Source: a virus
IMG/VR virus record: IMGVR_UViG_3300044617_002446
Coordinates: 1-64,000 of that record
Reading direction: 5' to 3' (one strand)
Length of the DNA stretch: 64,000 nt
Below the pieces are notes generated by a model, which did no database searches, was not told the DNA's origin, and saw only the letters and a program-made list of their open reading frames with translations. Position numbers and translations under genes: made by a program. Positions 47,283-56,895 of this stretch are shown here, piece after piece (the first letter of the stretch is position 1; each line of letters begins with the position of its first letter).

Positions 47283-47339
47283 TATATTTAATATACACTT
47301 TCTTTTTAAAAAAACTAGCCCAACTATATAATAACTTGT

Positions 47340-47645
47340 ATGACAAATTTAATATGTTTTCTTCTTGTTTCATGTGGAGCAAGCGCGCTATGGTCATTAT
47401 CTGACATTTTTATGCCGCTTAGAAATATTGTTGCAAAAAAATTTCCTTCATTTTTTAGAAAAATGCTATTATGCATGGAGTGTTCGGGTTTTTGGGTTGG
47501 AGTCGCGTGTTCGTTAATTTTTTTTGAACCAACTGAACTTGTAACACACTCAAACCCATTATTAAATAAAATTATTTTAGCAATTTATGGTGGAATAATA
47601 ACTCATTTGGTAATAAAAGTAATAAATAAAAAAGAATTAATTTAA
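47340..47645 (+). CDS. DUF1360-like membrane protein with CxxC
   Basis: SDIFMPLR..KMLLCMECSGFWVG; three TM helices. Confidence 0.7.
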   Translation: MTNLICFLLVSCGASALWSLSDIFMPLRNIVAKKFPSFFRKMLLCMECSGFWVGVACSLIFFEPTELVTHSNPLLNKIILAIYGGIITHLVIKVINKKELI

Positions 47646-47647
47646 TT

Positions 47648-48316
47648 ATGAACACACAAAATTATTCATTAGAAGAAGCAAAAAACGCAGCAATTCAAGC
47701 AATTGACCTGTACTTTAATCCAAATGAAAACAAAGGTTTGGCAAAATTCGGACCCAGCATGATTGTAAACGCCTATTTTGATTTAGGCAAAAATAAAGAA
47801 ATAAGAAAAAACATCATAAACAACTATGAACAAAAACATGAAATATTTGCAGATGTAGTTAGTTCTATGGACAATCCAAATTGTTCATGTAGAGGTAGAT
47901 TTGGTACATACATTGAAAATAATGTAGAAGAATCGGTTTCACTTTACAAAGAAGTAATCAATAAACTTGATGAAAATTCATTAAATATTTTAAAATCCGT
48001 AATAGAAAAACAAAACGCGGCGTTTGAAAAATTACAATCTGATGATGTTAAACCTGAAGAAAAAACAAATACACTTACAAAAACATTTACAACGCCTGCC
48101 GACAAAATTCTTTCGCCAGATGAAAATTTAAAAAAAGACCAAATAAATCAAGAACAGGTTTTTCCTGTTTATCTTGAGGGCAATGTAATAGAAATACGCG
48201 ACACTCCAGAGGCTTACGGTAATTTAATTAAATCAATGAGAGCAAATGGTGAATTTTATAAAGGATTGAATATAGTACCAAAACCAAATGGTAAAATTTG
48301 GGTTTATTTTTATTAA
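47648..48316 (+). CDS. Hypothetical protein with an NPNCSC motif
   Basis: 222 aa, 2 nt downstream of the DUF1360-like gene. Confidence 0.7.
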   Translation: MNTQNYSLEEAKNAAIQAIDLYFNPNENKGLAKFGPSMIVNAYFDLGKNKEIRKNIINNYEQKHEIFADVVSSMDNPNCSCRGRFGTYIENNVEESVSLYKEVINKLDENSLNILKSVIEKQNAAFEKLQSDDVKPEEKTNTLTKTFTTPADKILSPDENLKKDQINQEQVFPVYLEGNVIEIRDTPEAYGNLIKSMRANGEFYKGLNIVPKPNGKIWVYFY

Positions 48317-48337
48317 TTAATTATTTTATAAACTTTA

Positions 48338-51300
48338 TCATACAGACAGACATTCCACAAACTCATATTCTACTTTTATACTTAAGTCGTAACTTCCATC
48401 TGCTATTTCGGGGCAGTCTTCATACCAATATTCTCCATCTCCTTTATATATAGTATTTCCCAATGAACTCGAGCCGCCCTTGCATGGATTTGGGGTATTT
48501 GGAAAAGCGGGATTTTCTGATGGACATGATGTTGTAATATTTCCATTTACATTGCCCTGTATTATGCTGTCAATTGGTGTGGTACGATTATAGGTGTTGT
48601 GTGGACCTGGATTACTTATAGTTAAATTACAGGTACTTGTACAACTTGGATTTCCTGCTTTATTACATTTTATTGAAAGTAATTTTATACAATCCTTATT
48701 ACCATTTTCATCATCATCATCATCATCGTCATCATCACCTTCATCACAACATAGTATTTTTTTCTCCGGCATAGATCCAGGAGGCACTCCCGGTGGAAGA
48801 GGACACGTTTTTTGCACCAATATACCACCCTTGCTACCAGGACCAATCACATTACACCTTGCTCCAACTTGGTAGTCGCCATAAGAAAAACTATCTGGCA
48901 AACCAAAATCAGAACAAAAACAACGCTTTTCTGTACCTTGGCAGCAACAAAATTGAGCTTGTTGATATCCAGTATAATTTTCGCCATATTTCTCTTTACA
49001 TGAAGCAGTACAATCATTACTTAAAGGAGCAGTTTTACCTCCATCACATTTTGCTTCACAACAATAATAACATTTTTTACCTGGTGAATCGGGACAATCC
49101 GTTTCAATAGGATCCTCTTCTCCCAAGCAATATTGTCCACCAAATGGAGGTCCATCTAAACACGAACCTACCAATCTACAGCCCTGCCTACCAGGAGACT
49201 CGCATTCAGTATTTTCACATGGCAAACATTCATCTTTAGCACATGCCTTGTGGCAGCGACATTTTTTAACACCTCTTCCATTTGGACACGGGTAAACTGA
49301 TTTTTCAACATATCCTGTCCAATTATCAGTTGCACAGCATGAAGATTCAATAATTTCCTCCTGAATAGGCTCACCACCACATTGCCAAAACGTAGCTCGA
49401 ATTCCACCTATTATATCTTTACCATTTGCTAATCGTGTTTTACAGCTTTCATCAGTAAAAGCAGACTCTTCTCTCCTTTTATAAACAGTAAAATGACCAT
49501 CTTTACCTTCGGGACCACCAATATATACTCTTTCAGGTTCAATTGTAAAACCAAGACTCACACTAGATTGTTTTATTGTAGCAAAACATTCTTCGCATTT
49601 AGACTGGTTTCCTCCATTAACTAAGGTTTTAATAGTACAATCTGCAAGTATTTCAAAATTAGTACAATCACTATTATTTATACTACAACTCAAATCAAAT
49701 TTCTGTTTACATGCTGGAGTTCTATTTGTTTTTGGATCTAATCTACCTGTACCTATACTGTAAGTTCCATCGGGTCCAGTTTCAAAAGGACTGTCTACAG
49801 GAAGCAAGGGTCCTTGTTCTGGTCCAGATTCTGGTCCTGGCCCTGGTCCTGGCCCTGGTCCCGACCCAGATTCTGGCTCTGGTCCGTATCTTGGATCTAA
49901 TGGTCCCTGAGCAAGAGGGGGCGGAGGTGGCGGTGGAGAAGTATTTTTACAAATATCACCAATGCATCTTGTATCATCACCCTTGTAAACACCATTTAAA
50001 AAGCCACATTGTTCTGAAGTTGTTTCTATACAATTTAAAAAAACTCCAGATACATCAAATCTACAACACACACCAACAGCAACAGGATTTTCAGTTGGCG
50101 CACAACCGTTTGGCTCCCTAATATCATCATCGCTTATAATAAAATTAGCAGAAGATATACCAAATTGTAAAGATTCATATGGCACTAGTGTATTTAAGGT
50201 TAAATTAAATCCTTCAAATTTTTCTAAGTCACCCTCGTCTTCTAGAATTTGCCCGAGTCTTATGCTTTGTCTTGTTTTAGGTATTATAAAAGGAAGCTCT
50301 GTATAATAACCACTTGGCAAAATTTCATTTGATTCAAAATGATCACCAAATAAAGGATCCGGCTTCCATTTACTATAAGTTATTAATCCCGTTAAATCAT
50401 AATCCGTAAAACCAGTTCTATTAATAGTATAACCAACTGATCTTTGCTCTTCGCAACCCGTATATCTATTTAGTGAAAAAGATAAAAAAGAATCAGGCTT
50501 TGGTGGACAAAAACCGTTTATAGCTATACTGCCGTCCCAGCAAATATCAGGCCTGGGTGGAAGAGTGATATCTCCATATTTTATTTTTAATAAATAGTTG
50601 CCAGAAGCAAGCTGTTGACTAAACGAAAAAACATTTCCTGTGGTATTATATGGACCAGCGCGTAACGCATTTATTTTTTCGTTAACTTTGTAAAAATCCT
50701 GACAGTCAAAAAATTGAATTTGACCTTTCGAGCTACCAGAAAGATCATTTTTCATATAATTTAAACCTCGAAAAGCAACAGCGAATTCGGCACCAAACGA
50801 ATATTGATACGAATAACCTTCATATAAATTATTGAGAGCACCAGTACATCCAGCACCACTACAAACTCCTGTTATTAAAATGTGATCAGGTTTTAATTTA
50901 TAAAATCCAGAAACACCATAAAAAGGATAATCATTTCCAGGTAGATTATTAAAATATACTCTTTTAAAAGGCGCTCCAAAAATATCTGTCGCATAACCTA
51001 AATCACAATTAAAAGCTTCATAAAAGTCATTTCTTAATTCATATTTTTCCTCAACCCCAGAAGCTATACCAATATATTGATAAATACCCCCGTCGTTTAA
51101 ATAATTAAAAAATATACCAGAAAAAATACCAGAAAAACCTGTATTTGCATTTTCAGCATAATTATAAAAACCAGAATATAGTCCGCTAGTTTTTCCTACA
51201 CATCCAGAACCTTCGCAAAAATAATTGTAATCATAAGTTTCATTATAGGGTATATATGCACCAATATATAAATCATATAAAGTTCCAGAACTTGTATATA

Positions 51301-53950
51301 CAACCCCGTTGTTAATATATCCATTAATAGGAATTTTATTCACACCGAAAGCTTTTTCACCATAGAAAAAAGCATTTTTTTCACCATATTGCCCATTCAC
51401 CCAAAAATCAAAAATACCAGTAGATGCTAAAGAAAATCTATTTGTAGTTATTCCCGTAAAGCTGCCTGTAAAAAATTTATCATAAGGAGCACATCCCTTT
51501 ATACCTGTAAATTGAAAAGAATAAAAACCTATACCAGTACAACCAACCCCAGTGCAAATTGAATTATAAATCGACCCATCAAAAACCTTAGGATCTAATA
51601 TTTTCGATTCAGAGTTGTTATTATTTACCCCAAAAGGGTAAGCATAAAATGTTTCTTCTTCAAAACTTGCATCATCATTGTATTGTTTACAATAATAATT
51701 TAATTTATATAAATCAAATAAAACCGCCACATTAGCTTTGTCTATTTTTATTTTAAAATCACCTTTAGAAAAAAAACAAGGTTCTTCATTTATAGAAAAA
51801 TTTATTTCACTTTTATCAAAATAATCATCAAAAAAAAGATCTCCACTTAAATTAAAGTTATTTAATTGCGCAGGGGGTAAACTAGATTCAAAATTTCCAA
51901 CAAGATATTCCCGCCAGCCTTCTTGACTTGATTTCTCATCTAAACTAGAAATACCACTTTTAAATTTTGCAAATTCTTCATTTAAAGAAGAGTAATAAGA
52001 TCGAACTGGATTATAAAAAGAACCAGAACCACTTTGCGAAGGATTCATACGAGAAATTCTTACTCTGCCTCCAGAGGGAGTGCTTTCTCCCATGTTCAAA
52101 GTTGAAATTAAATTACCTGACAAATCATAAAAATCTATATTCCCTAAAAAATCACCAGATTTTTTTAAAAAATCAGAATTATTTGCATACTCTTCAAACT
52201 GATTAACAGGCTCTAATCCAGTTATTATATACGGAAGGTAAACCTTTAAATTGTTTTGGTTATAATAAACATCATTTTCTGGTGTTTCAGAAATTTTAAG
52301 CTCAAACTCAGGAATAGGATCGCAAGGATCCCATGATAAATCTAAAGTTCTTTCAATAGGCTGGATAAATCCAAGCAAATTAATTTTTTTATCAGCACTT
52401 CCGTCTGTAGGTTTAAAAGAAAGTATATCAGGGGCGCCTTCTTCCTTTTGCATCAAATACCCACTTAAAACTTTCTTTATTGTTATATAACCAGGTTCAA
52501 GATATGACATATTCCCAACCCAAATTCCAGTTGTTGATGAACCAGTTGCAAGAACAAAACCTGGTCTATTATTAAAATTGATTGTAAAAAACCCAGTTCC
52601 ATAGGAGAAAGGACTTAAAAAAGAAAATTCTTCTAGTTCTTTTTCAGTATATTCCCCAGTTAATTTAAAACCAGTAGCTGGAACAGTATAAAGATAAGAG
52701 GCTCCTGATTCAGAAACACCTGTCGATATATAGCCACTTACAGTCTTACCAAAAAAATCAACACCAGATACAGCCCCTTCTATTCCTGTTACCAGTATAG
52801 ATGGATTCAATCTAGAAATTGTACCAGAAATATTAATCTCTTTGTAACCCGAACCAAAAACATTTTTTAATATTAGTCCTGTTCCTAAAGCAGGTATCTC
52901 AACCTCAATAAAATCATTTACAAATCCTGTAGCAATAAAATTATTAAAATATACAATACCAGATCCGGTTCCGTATTCAAACCCACTAAGTAAGTTATTA
53001 AATCCAGAAACAATTCCAGTTTTATACCCAGATAACAATCCAATTCCACTTACAAATCCAGAAACAAATTGACCGGTTAATTCTCTTGTTCTTTCAATAT
53101 CTAAATAAACAGATCCAGTATAACCACTTATATATTCAAATTGAACAGACAGATCAGAACCACTGGTATTTAAATAATATGAAGTATATTTATTTGTTTC
53201 TCCTGCAGATATATTTCCTTCGTTTGGTGAAATTAAAATATAAAATGTTTGCACGGATAAAGGTGAGCCAACTGCATTGAACGAATAAGAAAAATCACCA
53301 AAATCAGTATAAAAATTCACAGGAAACGAATAGTTTCCATTAATTTGATTAAGAATATCTATTTCAAATGTTTTTTCTGAAAATGGAAGAATAATAGATG
53401 GAAATTGACCACTAGAAAAAGAAAAATTTAAATCAGATATATCTCCTGAGAATATATTTATTGAATGCGGATTTTGATTTTTAAGCACCAAATTCAATGG
53501 AACATTAACTCCTTCAATATAACTTCCTGATCTAGAATAAGCTTTTTCAGAATCAGATTCAGTATCTTTATAACCAGAAGGCTGCTCGCCATTAATAAAA
53601 AAATCCAAATTTGAAATTCCGCTTACAGAATTAAAATACAAATAAGAATAGTTATTGGAAAACTTATCTTGACCAATATAAACAGGAATTCCGTCAACAA
53701 AAAAATCATTAAATTGAGAATTTATATTTCCAGATAAAAATAAATTTTTTTCACTATAAAATGAACCAATATATTGATTTTTATAATCAAATATTTTTCC
53801 ATTTTCCAAAGTCCAATTAATCTTTCCAGAAACTCCAGAAAAACCAAAATCAAACTTGGAAGTATTTTGATCAACAATTATATTTGCAGACCAAGTAAAG
53901 TCACCAGTTTGGTTATAAATTTTTCTTTTTGTAAATCCGCTTATTTGCAT
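48338..53950 (-). CDS. Giant S/T-G-rich virion protein with a Calx-beta-like domain, Pro/Gly linker and Cys-rich C-terminus
   Basis: Dense S/T-G dipeptides; FLSFS..E..VGYTINRTG..ILEDEGDLEKFEGFNLTL..ANFIISDDD is Calx-beta-like; PPPPPP..GPGPGPGP linker; dozens of Cys in the last ~580 aa. Confidence 0.7.
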   Translation of the reverse strand: MQISGFTKRKIYNQTGDFTWSANIIVDQNTSKFDFGFSGVSGKINWTLENGKIFDYKNQYIGSFYSEKNLFLSGNINSQFNDFFVDGIPVYIGQDKFSNNYSYLYFNSVSGISNLDFFINGEQPSGYKDTESDSEKAYSRSGSYIEGVNVPLNLVLKNQNPHSINIFSGDISDLNFSFSSGQFPSIILPFSEKTFEIDILNQINGNYSFPVNFYTDFGDFSYSFNAVGSPLSVQTFYILISPNEGNISAGETNKYTSYYLNTSGSDLSVQFEYISGYTGSVYLDIERTRELTGQFVSGFVSGIGLLSGYKTGIVSGFNNLLSGFEYGTGSGIVYFNNFIATGFVNDFIEVEIPALGTGLILKNVFGSGYKEINISGTISRLNPSILVTGIEGAVSGVDFFGKTVSGYISTGVSESGASYLYTVPATGFKLTGEYTEKELEEFSFLSPFSYGTGFFTINFNNRPGFVLATGSSTTGIWVGNMSYLEPGYITIKKVLSGYLMQKEEGAPDILSFKPTDGSADKKINLLGFIQPIERTLDLSWDPCDPIPEFELKISETPENDVYYNQNNLKVYLPYIITGLEPVNQFEEYANNSDFLKKSGDFLGNIDFYDLSGNLISTLNMGESTPSGGRVRISRMNPSQSGSGSFYNPVRSYYSSLNEEFAKFKSGISSLDEKSSQEGWREYLVGNFESSLPPAQLNNFNLSGDLFFDDYFDKSEINFSINEEPCFFSKGDFKIKIDKANVAVLFDLYKLNYYCKQYNDDASFEEETFYAYPFGVNNNNSESKILDPKVFDGSIYNSICTGVGCTGIGFYSFQFTGIKGCAPYDKFFTGSFTGITTNRFSLASTGIFDFWVNGQYGEKNAFFYGEKAFGVNKIPINGYINNGVVYTSSGTLYDLYIGAYIPYNETYDYNYFCEGSGCVGKTSGLYSGFYNYAENANTGFSGIFSGIFFNYLNDGGIYQYIGIASGVEEKYELRNDFYEAFNCDLGYATDIFGAPFKRVYFNNLPGNDYPFYGVSGFYKLKPDHILITGVCSGAGCTGALNNLYEGYSYQYSFGAEFAVAFRGLNYMKNDLSGSSKGQIQFFDCQDFYKVNEKINALRAGPYNTTGNVFSFSQQLASGNYLLKIKYGDITLPPRPDICWDGSIAINGFCPPKPDSFLSFSLNRYTGCEEQRSVGYTINRTGFTDYDLTGLITYSKWKPDPLFGDHFESNEILPSGYYTELPFIIPKTRQSIRLGQILEDEGDLEKFEGFNLTLNTLVPYESLQFGISSANFIISDDDIREPNGCAPTENPVAVGVCCRFDVSGVFLNCIETTSEQCGFLNGVYKGDDTRCIGDICKNTSPPPPPPPLAQGPLDPRYGPEPESGSGPGPGPGPGPESGPEQGPLLPVDSPFETGPDGTYSIGTGRLDPKTNRTPACKQKFDLSCSINNSDCTNFEILADCTIKTLVNGGNQSKCEECFATIKQSSVSLGFTIEPERVYIGGPEGKDGHFTVYKRREESAFTDESCKTRLANGKDIIGGIRATFWQCGGEPIQEEIIESSCCATDNWTGYVEKSVYPCPNGRGVKKCRCHKACAKDECLPCENTECESPGRQGCRLVGSCLDGPPFGGQYCLGEEDPIETDCPDSPGKKCYYCCEAKCDGGKTAPLSNDCTASCKEKYGENYTGYQQAQFCCCQGTEKRCFCSDFGLPDSFSYGDYQVGARCNVIGPGSKGGILVQKTCPLPPGVPPGSMPEKKILCCDEGDDDDDDDDDENGNKDCIKLLSIKCNKAGNPSCTSTCNLTISNPGPHNTYNRTTPIDSIIQGNVNGNITTSCPSENPAFPNTPNPCKGGSSSLGNTIYKGDGEYWYEDCPEIADGSYDLSIKVEYEFVECLSV
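48708..48737. repeat. (TCA)n trinucleotide run encoding poly-Asp
   Basis: About 10 TCA/TCG units encoding DDDDDDDDE on the minus strand. Confidence 0.85.
49818..49885. repeat. Hexamer repeats (CTGGTC/CTGGCC) encoding a Gly-Pro linker
   Basis: Encodes GPEPESGSGPGPGPGPGPESGP. Confidence 0.8.
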
Positions 53951-53956
53951 TTTAAA

Positions 53957-56860
53957 TTAATTGGTTGGAAGAGTTAACGGCCTATAAGAAGAATTTATAT
54001 TTCCACCTACAGATGATGTATACAATCTATAAGAAAGCCCTTCGATCATTTTATTTATTAAATTGGCTTCCGGTATGGCTCTATATTTAGTTGATAATGT
54101 ATAAGATGTTTTCGGTCCATCTTCTCCTATTGTTATACTTATGTTATCTAAACCTTCTTCAAAAGAATATCTTTTTGGCATTATTCCAAATAAAGTAAAA
54201 TTTGCACTTTTTTTATTTTGGGTATTAGAATATTTTAAATAACTATAAGCCGCTGCGTGCGCCTTTTGAATTTGCTGCATATTTGGAACACATGCACCAG
54301 GTTTTAATTCTTTTTCTATTTGAGAGAGTTCATTAAAATAATAATCATGCTTCATTGCATCAGCTGGAATGTCGCCCGCAATTGGAACTTGATGCTTTGG
54401 AATAAAAACCGGCACGTCATAAGTTTGCCTAAGTCTTACTTTATAAAAGTCTTTATTTTGCCCCCCAGAAGAACCAATATTGCTTGATCCACCGTCTAAC
54501 AATGATTTTTTTGGTTGAGCCATAAGTTTTCTAAATTTCGCTGTTTCTTCTTGCATTTTTTCTGCTAGACTTCTTTTTACATCTTCCTTATCTTTAAAGA
54601 AACAACCACCAACTGGCATCATAAATCCGAAGCCATCAAACGTAACCCATCTACAATTGTCAGAAGTTAACCCAGATGCCCCAAGAACCATTTTTTTCTC
54701 GTATGGACTTTTTGTATCTCTACTATCCCTCAACAAAGTTTTTCTAACATTTTTCATTTGCTTTGTTTCGTAAAAGTTATTTATTTGAGTTTTTGTTATT
54801 GGAAACTCTCTGCCATTCCTCGCATTACGGACGCAATATATTCTTATATTTTTATTATTTTTTGCACATGGATATAATCTAACAAGTATATCTGGTCTTC
54901 CTTCTGGACCAACAAGCCAAAGACCAAAATTATTTGCAAGATAGTCTACTTGAGAAGAGTATTCATTTATTTGACTAGAATGAGGGTACCATTTTGAATC
55001 TCTTTCTGCAATTACTAAATTTGATTTAACTTTATATTCTTTTTGTATTTGCCCATCTTCTTGTTCTACAGTAAATGTCGAATCTTCTGCATTTGAATCA
55101 TCATCATCTTTAACTTCTGTAATAAGTTTATCTATATAAGACCCTGGTTCATGACCAAAACCGCAAACCGGATGACCAGGAATACCCGCGCCACTAGATA
55201 AAAATTCAGCAGATGCATCAGGAGATTCAATTGATACATTGGGCGCATTTTCTTCTCCAGCTGGAACAATAGGAGAATATTTTCTATACCAAAACCTACC
55301 CATAAAATTATTTGCTATTGAAGACTCTCTATCGAACTGAGATTGTAAAGTTTCCAAACTATTTTCAACCACCAAAAAATAGTACGAAGAAGTTCCGCCG
55401 GTCTTTTTTTGATCTTCTAAAATTGCTTTTTTTCTTTCGTCGCCCATTTGATTCAAAATTGAATTCCATCCAGCATCATTAGCTCCCTCATTTTTTGTTG
55501 GAGCTATAACATCAATAATACGCATATTACCAAGTTCTTTTAATACATTTGGATCTTCTTCATCTTTTTTATTACCCGTAGTGGAAGCACCCAAACCAGG
55601 TCCAGCTGTACCTCCACCGGCTAAACTATTATCTTTTGGAGCAGTTCTTGGTTTTGAAGGATTTTCGCTACAGTCAAATGCCACCTTCTTGCTTACCGCA
55701 TCTTTTACGCTAAGTATTTTGTAAGCATTATAAAACCAAAACACTTCTCTTAAATTATTACTATAGTAACTTAAAGCAATCGAAATTTCTTTATCTTCAA
55801 GATATTTTTCTTTATCTCCAGAGGAAGATTTCAAAGAGCCGCCAAGACTACTTTTATTTTTAGATAATCCTGCTCCATCTTTCATATCCCCACCAAATAA
55901 ATCGGTTATATAAAATGGAGTTAAAGTAATTATTCTATCGTCTTCACAAGTGTATGATTGCTTTATTCCTTCTCTACCATAATAAGATATTACACCGCGT
56001 GATGATGTATCCTCACAAGAAATTGTTTCGGAATATTCTGATAAATTTTCATAACTACTAGAATCAATATTAAAATTTGCACCAGATTTTAAATCAACAA
56101 AAACCAAAGAATCCTTTTCAAAATCCCAATAAAAAGTAAAACCAAAATCAGAACACCAGCTTTGCAAAACACTTCTTAATGATCCTGTATAATCTCTTGG
56201 CAATTTTTTTAAGAAATCGCCAGACGGTTTATTATTTGCAGTAACCGGCAACTTTGATAAAAGCTCATCAAATGTATATTTAACTTCATAAATACTATTG
56301 CCGTCTTCTTCATTAACGCAAGATAAGCCATATTTATCAGGTGGAGCAAATGGGCAAGGGTCGCACCAATCAACTTTTATTTGATTTTCATTTAAATCAA
56401 CAGTAGAATCGAAATCTGTATCGCATGGATGATATTCTTTCCCAACTATAATTAAATTTTTAGCAAAAGAACCAGGTCTAGATGGCGCCGAATATTTATT
56501 GAATCCAGTTCTAATTCTATTATACCCATGTCTTTTATGTAACCCAACATACCACTGATCTAATTTAAAACTATTATCAATATATTTAACCTCTAAAGTA
56601 GAAAGCTCAGGACTAACATTTTTTGTATATGAAACAAGCGCCCCTTTAAAATTTACACCGCCACCAATTCTAACAGAAGACGAATTTCCAACGGGCGAAA
56701 TAGTAGGAAGACTATATCTCCCGGTTTCATTCACTATACTTAAAGTCAAAGAGCTGGGTTGTTCTGGTCCACCAACCTCACATGATAAATTGTAAACACG
56801 ACCACCAAACATTGACGTGCCAACAACAGAATCAGAATTTATTTTTATTACCTTTGACAT
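53957..56860 (-). CDS. Putative baseplate hub/tail protein
   Basis: Downstream of the tape measure gene; SLTLSIVNE, LEVKYID, SLRSVLQSWCSDFGFTFYWD and C-terminal ISITIGEDGPKTSYT fit hub-type folds. Confidence 0.55.
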   Translation of the reverse strand: MSKVIKINSDSVVGTSMFGGRVYNLSCEVGGPEQPSSLTLSIVNETGRYSLPTISPVGNSSSVRIGGGVNFKGALVSYTKNVSPELSTLEVKYIDNSFKLDQWYVGLHKRHGYNRIRTGFNKYSAPSRPGSFAKNLIIVGKEYHPCDTDFDSTVDLNENQIKVDWCDPCPFAPPDKYGLSCVNEEDGNSIYEVKYTFDELLSKLPVTANNKPSGDFLKKLPRDYTGSLRSVLQSWCSDFGFTFYWDFEKDSLVFVDLKSGANFNIDSSSYENLSEYSETISCEDTSSRGVISYYGREGIKQSYTCEDDRIITLTPFYITDLFGGDMKDGAGLSKNKSSLGGSLKSSSGDKEKYLEDKEISIALSYYSNNLREVFWFYNAYKILSVKDAVSKKVAFDCSENPSKPRTAPKDNSLAGGGTAGPGLGASTTGNKKDEEDPNVLKELGNMRIIDVIAPTKNEGANDAGWNSILNQMGDERKKAILEDQKKTGGTSSYYFLVVENSLETLQSQFDRESSIANNFMGRFWYRKYSPIVPAGEENAPNVSIESPDASAEFLSSGAGIPGHPVCGFGHEPGSYIDKLITEVKDDDDSNAEDSTFTVEQEDGQIQKEYKVKSNLVIAERDSKWYPHSSQINEYSSQVDYLANNFGLWLVGPEGRPDILVRLYPCAKNNKNIRIYCVRNARNGREFPITKTQINNFYETKQMKNVRKTLLRDSRDTKSPYEKKMVLGASGLTSDNCRWVTFDGFGFMMPVGGCFFKDKEDVKRSLAEKMQEETAKFRKLMAQPKKSLLDGGSSNIGSSGGQNKDFYKVRLRQTYDVPVFIPKHQVPIAGDIPADAMKHDYYFNELSQIEKELKPGACVPNMQQIQKAHAAAYSYLKYSNTQNKKSANFTLFGIMPKRYSFEEGLDNISITIGEDGPKTSYTLSTKYRAIPEANLINKMIEGLSYRLYTSSVGGNINSSYRPLTLPTN

Positions 56861-56895
56861 TTCCTTTTATCCTTTAATTATACCATTTTTTTGAA

